Below the pieces are notes generated by a model that did no database searches, was not told the origin of the DNA, and saw only the letters and a list, made by a program, of their open reading frames with translations. Positions 1-12,454 of a DNA stretch of 56,640 bases are shown piece by piece; the first letter of the stretch is position 1, and the number at the start of each line of letters is the position of its first letter. The stretch is from positions 890,093 to 946,732 of the forward strand of contig JABHGM010000001.1 in assembly GCA_018672055.1 (NCBI GenBank), written 5' to 3'. Source of the DNA: a bacterium. Its GTDB lineage: Bacteria > Patescibacteriota > Patescibacteriia > UBA1558 > UBA10009. Both the position numbers and the translations under genes were made by a program.

Positions 1-801
1 ATCAATATAACCATCATTATCACTGTCAGCTAATAATGGATTTGTCTCCCAAACATTCACTTCTTCACTATCTGTTAAATTATCATTATCACTGTCAGGA
101 TGATTTGGATCTGTGCCTATAGAAATTTCATAATCATCACTTAAACCATCGTTATCAGAATCTTGCACTTCTAAACTTTCCTCACTATCAATTGGTATCT
201 TACTTAAATCATCATTAGTTATACCAATACCTAAATATCTCATAATTTGATAAGCTGCTTCTCCGTCAGTCATATAGTGCCTCTTACTATCTTCTGTATT
301 TACATACCAAGCTTCACCATGTGATTCTACTTGTAAAAGTATCTTACCTTTTAAACTATTAACTAAACTATCATCATAACTAAGTTTAATAGAACTATTA
401 TCAAATAAACTGTAACCATTTCTTACTTCTTGACCATCGAGATATCCATCATAATCGGTATCAGGATTATTTGGATCAGAGCCCAAGGCTTCTTCTAACT
501 TATCACCTAAACCATCATTATCTGAATCTAATTCTTCAAACCTTTCTTCAATACCAATAGGTATTTTAGAAATATCATCATCAGTAATACCTAGACCTAA
601 GTCTCTCATCACAGAATAAGCTGTATCACCGTCTTTCATGTATATTCTCTGCCCATCCTCAGGATTTACATACCAAGCTTCACCATGTGATTCAACCTGT
701 AAAAATATTTTACCATATACATCTGCTGCTTCTACACTATTCCAAGAAAACATAAAAAGAAATAATATGGTAAAAAGTAATATTTTCTTTAAATTAGACA
801 T
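1..801 (-). CDS. Secreted repeat protein, N-terminal part (ORF runs off the window at position 1). It has a signal peptide and two ~120-aa LQVESHGEAWYVN modules, each followed by thrombospondin-type-3-like DxDxDG calcium-binding repeats
   Basis: Absent from the ORF track because it has no stop inside the window. Own translation of the minus strand from ATG at 799-801: MSNLKKILLFTILFLFMFSWNSVEAADVYGKIFLQVESHGEAWYVNPEDGQRIYMKDGDTAYSVMRDLGLGITDDDISKIPIG..DSDNDGLGDKLEEALGSDPNNPDTDYDG..GKILLQVESHGEAWYVNTEDSKRHYMTDGEAAYQIMRYLGIGITNDDLSKIPI..DSDNDGLSDDYEISIGTDPNHPDSDNDNL..DSDNDGYID. The start lies 1 nt after the pheS stop. Confidence 0.7.
   Translation of the reverse strand, partial: MSNLKKILLFTILFLFMFSWNSVEAADVYGKIFLQVESHGEAWYVNPEDGQRIYMKDGDTAYSVMRDLGLGITDDDISKIPIGIEERFEELDSDNDGLGDKLEEALGSDPNNPDTDYDGYLDGQEVRNGYSLFDNSSIKLSYDDSLVNSLKGKILLQVESHGEAWYVNTEDSKRHYMTDGEAAYQIMRYLGIGITNDDLSKIPIDSEESLEVQDSDNDGLSDDYEISIGTDPNHPDSDNDNLTDSEEVNVWETNPLLADSDNDGYID
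298..693 (-). repeat. Intragenic direct repeat: exact 30-nt copies at 298-327 and 664-693, 366 nt (122 codons) apart
   Basis: atttacataccaagcttcaccatgtgattc occurs at both positions. It encodes the ESHGEAWYVN core of the two protein modules. Confidence 0.9.
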
Positions 802-802
802 A

Positions 803-1822
803 TTAAAATTGATTTAAAAATCTTAAATCACCGCTTAGTAATAAACGAATATCGTCTATTTCGTATTTCATCATAACCAGACGTGTTAAACCAAGACCAA
901 AAGCAAAACCAGAATATTCATTTGGATCTAAGCCTCCTGCTCTTAAAACATTAGGGTGAACTAAACCACAAGGAAGTAATTCTACCCAACCAGTTCTTTT
1001 ACAAACTGAACATCCTTTACCAGAACATATTAAACAAGAAACATCTAATTCAAAACCTGGTTCAACAAATGGAAAGTAACCAGGTCTCATTCTAACTTTA
1101 ACATCTTTTTGTAATACTTCTTTAAGTAAAGATTTCATAACAGCAATAATATTAGCAATTGATATATCCTTATCAATCATTAAACCTTCTAACTGATTAA
1201 AAGTAGTATCATGTGAAGCGTCAGTAGCTTCGTATCTAAAACATCTGCCAGGAAATACAGCGCGTAATGGAGCACCATACTTTTCAATAGCTCTTACTTG
1301 CTGAGAAGAAGTATGAGTTCTTAAAACCCAATTTTCTTTATTCTTAATATAGTAAGTATCCATAGTATCTCTAGCCGGATGTGAATCTGGAATATTTAAA
1401 GCTTCAAAATTATAGTGTTCTGATTCTAATTCAGGACCTTCCAAAACCATAAAGCCCATTCTTTCAAATATTTGTTCTAACTGTTTCTGAACTAAAGTTA
1501 ATGGATGATAATGACCAGATTTAAAATCCATACCTGGTAATGTAACATCAATATTATTACCAGTAACAGAATCAACTGCTTCGCCTAATTCATGTTTAAC
1601 GCTATTTACTGCTTTTGCTAATTCAATTTTAATTTCATTAGCTAATTTCCCTACCTTAGGCTTTTCTTGAGCTGATAAATCTTTTACTTTTCTAAGTAAA
1701 TTAGTTAATTCGCCTTTTCTACCTAAATACTTAGTCTCAAGATTTCTTAATTCTTCAGATTCTTTTACCTTCTTAAATTCACGTATAGCATCGTCTTTTA
1801 ATTTTTTTAAATCATTAAGCAT
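803..1822 (-). CDS. pheS: Phenylalanine--tRNA ligase alpha subunit
   Basis: 339-aa ORF with class II aaRS core strings typical of PheRS-alpha (FPGRCFRYEATDASHDTTFNQLEGL, GFAFGLGLTRLVM). ATG confirmed at 1820-1822. Confidence 0.93.
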   Translation of the reverse strand: MLNDLKKLKDDAIREFKKVKESEELRNLETKYLGRKGELTNLLRKVKDLSAQEKPKVGKLANEIKIELAKAVNSVKHELGEAVDSVTGNNIDVTLPGMDFKSGHYHPLTLVQKQLEQIFERMGFMVLEGPELESEHYNFEALNIPDSHPARDTMDTYYIKNKENWVLRTHTSSQQVRAIEKYGAPLRAVFPGRCFRYEATDASHDTTFNQLEGLMIDKDISIANIIAVMKSLLKEVLQKDVKVRMRPGYFPFVEPGFELDVSCLICSGKGCSVCKRTGWVELLPCGLVHPNVLRAGGLDPNEYSGFAFGLGLTRLVMMKYEIDDIRLLLSGDLRFLNQF

Positions 1823-1823
1823 A

Positions 1824-2201
1824 TTAAGCTTTTTTAAGTGAAATTATTAAAAATTCAATAACTGTTAATAATATTACAAGAAGTATAGCATTTACCCAAG
1901 TAAGTAATCTATTTGCTTGCATAAACATAGAACCAGCTAAAATTATACCAAAGAATATACCCTGACGGAAAGATATTTGAGCTTGTTCAAATACTTCAAA
2001 TTTACGTGTAAATAGTGACCTAGACAAAAAACCAAGTAAACTCATAATACCAGCTATACCAAAGAATAAGGAGAAGTAAAAGAGTAAATAGCCCAAACCG
2101 CCAGTAGTTTCAGGATTAATAAAAAAGAGGACCATTATAAAGGCTCCAAAACAAATTAAAGTAATAATACCCATTAATATAGCGAATTGTTTAGTAGTCA
2201 T
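1824..2201 (-). CDS. Small integral membrane protein, about 4 hydrophobic helices, function unknown
   Basis: 125-aa ORF with four long hydrophobic stretches. Its stop is 1 nt from the pheS start, so the two are probably co-transcribed. Confidence 0.55.
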   Translation of the reverse strand: MTTKQFAILMGIITLICFGAFIMVLFFINPETTGGLGYLLFYFSLFFGIAGIMSLLGFLSRSLFTRKFEVFEQAQISFRQGIFFGIILAGSMFMQANRLLTWVNAILLVILLTVIEFLIISLKKA

Positions 2202-2244
2202 AAGTGTATATTAAAACGTCCAGGACCTACCTAAATACCCATAT

Positions 2245-2273
2245 ATTTTACTATTTTTAGCTACTTTTGGCAA
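2245..2273 (-). promoter_or_regulatory. Candidate sigma70-type promoter for the membrane protein/pheS unit
   Basis: Minus strand: TTGCCA (2268-2273), 17-nt spacer, TAAAAT (2245-2250). Hexamers like these also arise by chance in AT-rich DNA. Confidence 0.3.
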
Positions 2274-5207
2274 TTATAGTATATCGCTGCAAGATCTGCA
2301 CTTTTCATGATTCTTAATATATTTTTCAAAGTCAAAATCTTTAATTTCATCAATAGTTTTTACTATCTTATCTGTTAATTTCTTTTTTTGAGCATCAGTA
2401 CCTTTAAAAGACATTAAACTATCATCTTCTAAATAATAATATACTAACTCTTCTATTTTCATATCTTGCCAACTTTCTAAAGCCATTTGATAAATTAAAA
2501 GCTGTTCTTTATCTTGAGCATCAAGCTTAATTTTAGGCTTTCCTGTCTTATAATCTATTATTCTAAAACTATCTCCTAAATCATCTATTCTGTCTATTTT
2601 ACCCCCTAATGAATAATTACCTACTTTAATACTAAAACCTTTTTCTAAATAATTAGGCATAGTATCCGGATAATTAGGACTAACATGAAACTTTTTTAAA
2701 ATATCTTTACCATTTTTAAAGTAATCTTCTTTTTGCTTTTTATTCTGATACCAATCATCTATCCATGAATTTTCATAGATTTTAATAAGTTCAGCCTGAC
2801 TTACAAGTTCTCTAGGCTTTTTATTTAAATTATCATTTGTTTTTTTAGAAAATAAATCGCCTTGATTAGTCCCCTGTCTTTTTTTAGCTTCTTCAAAAAA
2901 TCTTTGCAAAGCTAAATGAACTGTAGTACCAAAACTAAAATAATGATTACCTTGAGTAGGTATTTTCAAAATATATCTGTAGTAATATAGTCTAGGGCAA
3001 CTTTGAAAATCTTTAATCTGGGTAAATGAAAATCTCTTAGGTAATAAGTCTTGATAATTTGTTTTTTTAGTTTTAATAGCTTTAACTTTCTCTAACTCTG
3101 TAACCTTCATATTCTTTTTCTTTAAGTCAGTTTGTTTAAAACCCAGATCAGTCATAAATACAGATAACTTCTTTTTACGAACTCCACCATAATCTTCACC
3201 AGATGTTAAAAATAAACCTTTTTTAGCACGAGTCATAGCTACATAAAAAAGCCTTCTTTCCTCTTGCATATGAATATCACCTTCTGGTACAGATTCTTTT
3301 ACTAGTTCTTCAGGAAGTTCGATACCTTCTCTTCTTTCACTTGAGGGAAACCGTCTATCAACCATATTAACTAAAAAAACATATTTAAATTCTAAACCTT
3401 TAGCTGCGTGAATTGTCATAACCTTAACCATTTCAGGTCCTTCGTCTTCACCAAGAGGCTGCATACTTCCCTGCTCTCCAGACTCTAATTCTAAACCAAG
3501 CTGCTTTAAAAAATTCTTAACTGTTTTATCATCATTTAATTCTTCAAACACTTTAATCTTTTTATAGAATTGTCCAAGATAAGAAAAGTCTTGCCTTTTA
3601 TCTAATTCTTCTTCATTATCAATATATTTTAAATAACCAGAATCATTTAAAAAGTCAAAAACTATTTTACTCACTTTCTCTGTTTTAGTTAAAGAAGCAT
3701 AATTCTTTATTATATCAATTATCATATTTATCTGACTCTGAACACCAGTAGGTAACCTTAATTCATATTTTGATTGATTAACAGCAGACCATAAGGACCA
3801 GGCTTTTTTACGAGCTAAATAAGTAAGTTGAGCTATTTCTAATGTACTTAGATTCCACATAGGCATAGTAAGCACCCTATACATAGCGTCAGATTCATGA
3901 TAATCATCAAGTAGCTTTAAAAAAGCAATTAAATTTAAAACAACTGGTTTAGCAAATAATCCTTTAGAAGCTACATATTGATATGGCAAATTAGCTTGTT
4001 CTAAGCCTTGAACAAATAGATTAGCTTGATTATTTGCTCTTACTAAAATAGCAAAGTCATTCCAACTTATGCCTTTTTCGTGAGATCCAATTTCCTGTAT
4101 CTTATTAATAACAGCAGCCATTTCATCATCAAGTGTTTCTGCATGAATATGTTCAATTACACCCTTGCCCTCTGAAGCTGAATTTAATTTTTTAGATAAC
4201 TTTTTATTAGCAACTTTTAATTTAACTTCTAGCCTATTTGGATTATTAAGCTGTATAAAATTATATGCTAAGTCTAGAATATTTTGTTTAGATCTATAAT
4301 TAGTATTTAATAATATATCTTTTGCTTTAGGATAATCTTTTTTAAATTCTAATATATTACTAACAGATGCACCTCTAAATTTATATACACTCTGATCATC
4401 ATCACCTACAACTGTTATATTATTACGTGGTTTACCTAATAACTTAATTAATTGATACTGAGCATAATTAGTATCTTGAAATTCATCAATTAAAATATAT
4501 TGAAATTGTTTTTGATATTTTTTTATAATAGTAGGTCTTTTTTCAAATAACTCTAAACAATAGTTTATTAAATCACCAAAATCTAATAAATCATTATCTA
4601 AGAGTAATTGTTGATATGTATGATAGGCATTAGCTACTTCTTCTAAGCGTCTTACTTCTAAAGCAGCCTCTTCATCTTTTCTTAAATCATTATCTAATCT
4701 AAATTTCTCAGCATGTTTTAAATAATCCTGAGGTGTAATAAGCTCATCTTTACATCTAGAAAAATGTTTTATCAAAGCATGTATAAATTTAGTGGGATTA
4801 CCTCTTGGTTTATAATAATCTAAATCAAATTTATCTAAATTATTTCTTATTAAAAGCCAACTTTCAGTTTGATCAACTAATTTAAAATCTGTAGTTAAAC
4901 CTATTTCTAATCCATGCTCTTCTAAAATACGTTGAGCAAAAGAATGAAACGTAGAAATCCACAAATCAAAATAGCCAAGGGGTAATGCTTTATCCACTCT
5001 TTCTTCCATTTCAGCAGCAGCTTTTTCAGTAAAAGTAAGTGCTAGTATTTCTTCAGGATTTATTTTTTTCTCAGTAATCAAATAATTTATTCTTTCAGTA
5101 ATTACCGTTGTTTTACCTGTGCCTGCTCCAGCCACAATTAAAAGCGGACCCTCTTTAAACTGGACCGCCTTTTTTTGCTGCGCGTTTAGTTTATCCTTAT
5201 ATGTCAT
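2274..5207 (-). CDS. UvrD/PcrA-family superfamily-1 helicase fused to a C-terminal PD-(D/E)XK (AddB/Cas4-like) nuclease domain
   Basis: 977 aa. Walker A AGAGTGKT, motif II DEFQDT, and YRS..NIL and TIHAAKGLEF helicase motifs. The C-terminal ~240 aa carry GKIDRIDD..FRIIDYKTGK (D..D/ExK-like) plus cysteines SCPRLYYYRY and a terminal CRSC. Confidence 0.85.
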   Translation of the reverse strand: MTYKDKLNAQQKKAVQFKEGPLLIVAGAGTGKTTVITERINYLITEKKINPEEILALTFTEKAAAEMEERVDKALPLGYFDLWISTFHSFAQRILEEHGLEIGLTTDFKLVDQTESWLLIRNNLDKFDLDYYKPRGNPTKFIHALIKHFSRCKDELITPQDYLKHAEKFRLDNDLRKDEEAALEVRRLEEVANAYHTYQQLLLDNDLLDFGDLINYCLELFEKRPTIIKKYQKQFQYILIDEFQDTNYAQYQLIKLLGKPRNNITVVGDDDQSVYKFRGASVSNILEFKKDYPKAKDILLNTNYRSKQNILDLAYNFIQLNNPNRLEVKLKVANKKLSKKLNSASEGKGVIEHIHAETLDDEMAAVINKIQEIGSHEKGISWNDFAILVRANNQANLFVQGLEQANLPYQYVASKGLFAKPVVLNLIAFLKLLDDYHESDAMYRVLTMPMWNLSTLEIAQLTYLARKKAWSLWSAVNQSKYELRLPTGVQSQINMIIDIIKNYASLTKTEKVSKIVFDFLNDSGYLKYIDNEEELDKRQDFSYLGQFYKKIKVFEELNDDKTVKNFLKQLGLELESGEQGSMQPLGEDEGPEMVKVMTIHAAKGLEFKYVFLVNMVDRRFPSSERREGIELPEELVKESVPEGDIHMQEERRLFYVAMTRAKKGLFLTSGEDYGGVRKKKLSVFMTDLGFKQTDLKKKNMKVTELEKVKAIKTKKTNYQDLLPKRFSFTQIKDFQSCPRLYYYRYILKIPTQGNHYFSFGTTVHLALQRFFEEAKKRQGTNQGDLFSKKTNDNLNKKPRELVSQAELIKIYENSWIDDWYQNKKQKEDYFKNGKDILKKFHVSPNYPDTMPNYLEKGFSIKVGNYSLGGKIDRIDDLGDSFRIIDYKTGKPKIKLDAQDKEQLLIYQMALESWQDMKIEELVYYYLEDDSLMSFKGTDAQKKKLTDKIVKTIDEIKDFDFEKYIKNHEKCRSCSDIL

Positions 5208-5239
5208 AGCTCTATTTTAACACAAGATTAATATATTTA

Positions 5240-5266
5240 AAAACCCCCAAATTTTGGGGGTTTTTT
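5240..5266. terminator. Bidirectional rho-independent terminator (aaaaCCCCCAAAATTTTGGGGGtttttt)
   Basis: Perfect palindrome cccccaaaattttggggg (5244-5260) flanked by an A-run and a T-run. It sits between the antiporter stop (5284) and the helicase start (5207). Confidence 0.75.
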
Positions 5267-5283
5267 ATACTATTTTATATATA

Positions 5284-6855
5284 TTAACTAGAAAATCCAC
5301 TAACTAAAGAAACTGATTTATTTTGAGCTTCAGTAACTAATTGTTCAACATCATCTTTAGCAGCCTGTGAACAATCAATTGTTAATTTCTTATCTTCTCT
5401 TCTTAGAGTTGCTATCTTATCCTTCTCGTCTTCATGAGCAAGTTCAAATATTCTATCTTCTGATTCATGTCTAAGTAATAGATAACCTTTAGCTTTAAAG
5501 ACATCTACTAAATTTTCTTGGAATAAATCTAATACATTCTCAGTATTACCCCAAGTAAAAGCAGGTTCTATCATAGGAATTGAAGCTGTTACTGTTTCAC
5601 CAGCGGCACTCTTTAAACCAGATTTAGGATTTTTAAATAATGGTACTAAAACAAGTGGTGCCATTAAAGTAGTAATTACTGTCATCATAATTGAAACACC
5701 AAATATTTCTTGATTAATAACCCCAGCAGCAAGTCCAACACCAGCAATAATTAAAGCAACTTCACCACGAGGTAACATACCAAAAGCAATTCTCATACTT
5801 CCTAAGAAATTAAAACCAGAAAAATATGCAGGAACACCACAACCAACCACTTTACCAAAGATAGCGAATAGAGTAATAACTAAACCAAAAGTAAGAGCTG
5901 ACATCATAGCATGAAAATCAACTAACATTCCCATTACAGCAAAAAATACTGGAACAATAATATGTGCAGCCCAAACTAATTTTTCTTCAACTTGATGTCC
6001 AAGTTCAGTAACTGATAATATAATACCAGCAAGGTAAGCACCAATAATCATAGCTAAGCCAAATTGTTCAGCAAGTGCTGCTACTAAGAAACAAAGTCCA
6101 GTAGCTACAGCTACGTAAGTTTTACCTTCTAGTTTAAGTAAAAAATTTGATAATTTTTTAGCAAAGAGATAACCAAGTAATATAATAACCGCAATAAAGC
6201 CTAAAGCTTTAGTAGCAATCATACCAATTTCACCCCATGATACTTCTCCACCGCTAGCACCCATAGAAAGAACTAAGGCTAAAACTAAAATTCCAAGCAC
6301 ATCATCAATAACAGCAGCTGCAAGTATAGAAACACCTTCTGAAGTATCTAATTTATATATATCAGATAACACACGTGCTGTAATACCAACAGATGTAGCT
6401 ACCATAATTGCCCCCATAAACATAGCAGGAACATCAAATAGTGAATCAGCAAAGCCAAACATAACTGTACCCCAAGCACCTAAGAAAAATGGTAAGATTA
6501 CCCCACCAATAGCAGCGCCTAAAGCCTTTAAGCCATATTTCATAAACATCTTAGCGTCTGTTTCAAGACCAACTAAGAATAAAAGTATAACTGCTCCAAT
6601 TTGAGCAAAAACATATAATTCAGAAGAAACAGGTAATGTAGATACGTGTTCTCCTACTGTTTCGGCAATTGGAAATAGTTTACCTAAAAAAGGTAATTCA
6701 ATTGATCCTAGTGCATATGGTCCAATAACCATACCAGCAATTAGCTCCCCTAAGACTGATGACTGGCCCATGCGTTCAAATAATTCTCCGAAAATCTTAG
6801 CTACCAGTAAAATAATAGCAATCTGGAGAGTAAATTCCATCAAAATATGAGTCAT
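5284..6855 (-). CDS. CPA2-family cation/proton antiporter (Kef/NapA-like) with a ~110-aa soluble C-terminal tail
   Basis: 523 aa, mostly hydrophobic helices. The N-terminus LLVAKIFGELFERMGQSSVLGELIAGMVIGP is typical of the Na_H_Exchanger family. Only 31 nt, with no hairpin, separate it from atpC. Confidence 0.85.
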   Translation of the reverse strand: MTHILMEFTLQIAIILLVAKIFGELFERMGQSSVLGELIAGMVIGPYALGSIELPFLGKLFPIAETVGEHVSTLPVSSELYVFAQIGAVILLFLVGLETDAKMFMKYGLKALGAAIGGVILPFFLGAWGTVMFGFADSLFDVPAMFMGAIMVATSVGITARVLSDIYKLDTSEGVSILAAAVIDDVLGILVLALVLSMGASGGEVSWGEIGMIATKALGFIAVIILLGYLFAKKLSNFLLKLEGKTYVAVATGLCFLVAALAEQFGLAMIIGAYLAGIILSVTELGHQVEEKLVWAAHIIVPVFFAVMGMLVDFHAMMSALTFGLVITLFAIFGKVVGCGVPAYFSGFNFLGSMRIAFGMLPRGEVALIIAGVGLAAGVINQEIFGVSIMMTVITTLMAPLVLVPLFKNPKSGLKSAAGETVTASIPMIEPAFTWGNTENVLDLFQENLVDVFKAKGYLLLRHESEDRIFELAHEDEKDKIATLRREDKKLTIDCSQAAKDDVEQLVTEAQNKSVSLVSGFSS

Positions 6856-6886
6856 AGATTAAAATATTAATTATTAATTATATATA

Positions 6887-7341
6887 TTAGTTATTATCTT
6901 CTTCACGTTTAATTTCAAGTCTAGGCTTTAATTTTTTATACTTACGAATTACTCTTAAACGAGCTAATTCTTTTTCCATTTGAGAACTAAGAGCAACAAA
7001 ATCAACTTCAGCCATATCTTGTTTTTTATCTAATAACTCTTTAGCTTTTTGTCTACCCTCTTCTGCTCTTTTCTCATCAATCTCTTCTACTTTTTCTGCA
7101 GTATCTGCTAAAATAGTTAATGTATTATTATTGAATTCAACAAAGCCGCCAGATACAACCATTGGAATTTCTTCTTTATCTATTTTAAATAATATTTCAC
7201 CAGGAATCAAAGTACTTACCAAAGGTAAGTGATTTGGTAATAAAGTAATCTCACCCATTTTAGTAGGCAAGGTTATTTGATCAATCTTTTCTTCAAAAAC
7301 TATTCTTTCTGGAGTAGCAATTTTAAATAAAATCTTAGACA

Positions 7342-7342
<1 letters not shown>
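6887..7342 (-). CDS. atpC: F1 ATP synthase subunit epsilon
   Basis: 151-aa ORF with a TAATG overlap with atpD. Operon position, size and the beta-sandwich plus charged helical tail pattern all fit. Confidence 0.88.
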
Positions 7343-9655
<2,313 letters not shown>

Positions 9656-9660
9656 ATATA

Positions 9661-11187
9661 TTATTTACTTTCTTCTTTGTTTATATAATTAGATGTCTTA
9701 TTGAAATCATCTATGGCATTCTTTAAATCATTTTCTAACTTTTCATCAAGGTCTTTAGTTTTTTTAATTCCATCTAATACTTTTTGTCCTGAAGTAGTCA
9801 TATATTTAATAAAATCTTTTTCATATTTAACAACATCTTCAACCTTAACATCAGCTAAATAACCATTATTAGCAGCATAGAGTATAGCTACTTCTAATTC
9901 CACTACTACTGGTTCATATTGACCTTGCTTCAAAATTTCAGTTAAACGTCTACCTAAATCTAATTGTTTTTGAGTTTCTGCATCTAAATCAGAACCAAAC
10001 TGAGCAAAAGCTTCAAGTTCTCTAAACTGTCCCATGGCTAATTTCATTTTACCGGCTACCTTTTTCATAGCTTTAATTTGAGCAGCACTACCTACACGAG
10101 AAACTGAAAGCCCTGTATTTAACGCTGGACGTATTCCTTTATTAAATAAATCTGATTCTAAATATATTTGTCCATCAGTAATTGAAATAACATTTGTTGG
10201 AATATATGCAGATACATCTCCAGCTTGAGTTTCAATAACAGGTAAAGCAGTAATTGATCCACCACCGTAATCCTTATTTAATTTAGCTGAACGTTCAAGT
10301 AATCTTGAATGTAAATAAAAGATATCACCTGGATATGCTTCTCTGCCTGGAGGTCTTTTAAGTAATAATGAAATTTCACGATAAGCTACAGCATGTTTTG
10401 AAAGATCATCATAAACAATTAAAACATCTTGGCCTTTGTCCATAAAATATTCACCCATAGCGCATCCAGAATATGGAGCAATGAATGAGAGTGAAGCAGG
10501 ATCAGAAGCACCAGCTAAAACAACCGTAGTATATTTCATAGCACCATGCTCTTCTAATTTAGCTACTATTTTAGCAATTTTAGATTCTTTCTGAGCAATA
10601 GCTACATAAATACATATAACATCTTGTCCTTTTTGATTAATAATAGTATCAATAGCTACAGCAGTTTTACCAGTCTGTCTATCACCAATAATAAGTTCAC
10701 GTTGACCACGACCAATAGGAATCATAGAATCAATAGCTTTAATACCAGTTTGAATTGGTTCGTTAACACCAGCTCTTGTAATAACACGAGGAGCAATTTT
10801 CTCAACAGGATTAAACTTATCACTCTTAATTTCGCCTTTACCATCAATTGCTTTACCTAGTGCATCAACTACCCTGCCAATAACAGCTTCACCAACAGGA
10901 ACTTCTAAAATTCTACCAGTAGTTTTAACCTTATCACCTTCTTTAATATCAATGTATTCACCTAGAACCATAGCACCGACATTGTCTTCTTCTAAATTAA
11001 GAGCTACACCAAATTGACCATTTTCAAATTCAATCATTTCTTGAGACATGCAGTCACTTAGTCCTGATATCTTAGCAATACCATCACCAACTTCAATAAC
11101 AGTACCAACTTTTTCAGTAGTAGCCTCTGTTTTAAAATCAGTTATTTGTTTTTTTAATTCATCAATAATTTGATCTTTACTAGACAT
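9661..11187 (-). CDS. atpA: F1 ATP synthase subunit alpha
   Basis: 508 aa. P-loop GDRQTGKT, plus [23 protein letters not shown] and [14 protein letters not shown]. Confidence 0.95.
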   Translation of the reverse strand: MSSKDQIIDELKKQITDFKTEATTEKVGTVIEVGDGIAKISGLSDCMSQEMIEFENGQFGVALNLEEDNVGAMVLGEYIDIKEGDKVKTTGRILEVPVGEAVIGRVVDALGKAIDGKGEIKSDKFNPVEKIAPRVITRAGVNEPIQTGIKAIDSMIPIGRGQRELIIGDRQTGKTAVAIDTIINQKGQDVICIYVAIAQKESKIAKIVAKLEEHGAMKYTTVVLAGASDPASLSFIAPYSGCAMGEYFMDKGQDVLIVYDDLSKHAVAYREISLLLKRPPGREAYPGDIFYLHSRLLERSAKLNKDYGGGSITALPVIETQAGDVSAYIPTNVISITDGQIYLESDLFNKGIRPALNTGLSVSRVGSAAQIKAMKKVAGKMKLAMGQFRELEAFAQFGSDLDAETQKQLDLGRRLTEILKQGQYEPVVVELEVAILYAANNGYLADVKVEDVVKYEKDFIKYMTTSGQKVLDGIKKTKDLDEKLENDLKNAIDDFNKTSNYINKEESK

Positions 11188-11198
11188 ATAATTTTAAT

Positions 11199-11603
11199 TT
11201 AATATTTAATTAATGTATTTTTTAAATTCTTTAAACTATTTTTTAAACTTGCATCCAGTATAGTATCTGAATACTTAATAACTACACCACCAAGTAATGA
11301 AGGATCAATCTTTTCTTCAATTTCAGCAACTTTACCTGTTTCTTGTTTTAACCAATTCTTAATCTCATTTTCAATAGCATTACTTAATTTATGTGAAGAA
11401 GTAACTTCTGCTTTTAAAATACCTTTTCTTTCATAATATACTTCTTGAAAACTATCAAATATTTTACTTAACAATTTCAAATCTTTTCTTTTTTTAACCA
11501 CATTCAAAAAATTACGAATTTGTTTTTTAATATCATCGCCTTTTGATTCAGCTATTACTTCATATAGTGAAACAGCGTATTGTTTTGCAGTTAATTTCTT
11601 CAT
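11199..11603 (-). CDS. atpH: F1 ATP synthase subunit delta (OSCP), short form
   Basis: 134 aa, sitting between atpF and atpA. The C-terminal PSLLGGVVIKYSDTILDASLKNSL is delta-like. It is shorter than the usual ~180 aa. Confidence 0.75.
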   Translation of the reverse strand: MKKLTAKQYAVSLYEVIAESKGDDIKKQIRNFLNVVKKRKDLKLLSKIFDSFQEVYYERKGILKAEVTSSHKLSNAIENEIKNWLKQETGKVAEIEEKIDPSLLGGVVIKYSDTILDASLKNSLKNLKNTLIKY

Positions 11604-12100
11604 TACTTTATTTCTTTTAAAGTTTCTTTAACAATTTTTTCATTTATCTCTGATTTACCAGTTTTTTCTAACATCTTTGTAGTAGCAATAACTACTAAAT
11701 CAGCTAAATCATCTTTAACATCTTTAACCATCTTATTCTTTTCATTAGCTATTTGCTCTTTAGCAGCAGCAATTACAGTTTGAACTTCATGTTTTGCATC
11801 AGCAACCATTTTTTGACCTTGCTCATTACCCTGCTTTCTTGAATCTTCAATGATAGCTTGAGCTTCTTGTTTAGCTTTTACAATTTTATCAGCATTTTCT
11901 TTTTCAACCTTCATTAGATTCTCTTCAATTTTTTTAGCATCATCTAAACTCTTTGAAATATCCTCAGTTCTTTGATCCATAACTTTAGATAATGGTTTTA
12001 TAGCAAATTTCCATAAGACAAAAAGAACAATAGCAAAATTAACAAGCTGAGCTATTATTAGTTTCCAATCGATATGAAACGTATTTATTAATTCTTCCAT
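11603..12100 (-). CDS. atpF: Fo ATP synthase subunit b
   Basis: 165 aa with one N-terminal TM helix and then a long charged helix. Operon position fits. Confidence 0.8.
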   Translation of the reverse strand: MEELINTFHIDWKLIIAQLVNFAIVLFVLWKFAIKPLSKVMDQRTEDISKSLDDAKKIEENLMKVEKENADKIVKAKQEAQAIIEDSRKQGNEQGQKMVADAKHEVQTVIAAAKEQIANEKNKMVKDVKDDLADLVVIATTKMLEKTGKSEINEKIVKETLKEIK

Positions 12101-12166
12101 ATAATTTAATATTATCTATTAACTCCAGAAGATCAAATTGTTGATCCCCTGAGTGTCAAAAGACAA

Positions 12167-12421
<255 letters not shown>

Positions 12422-12454
12422 TTATTTAACGTCGCCTAGTAATTTAATAATTAA

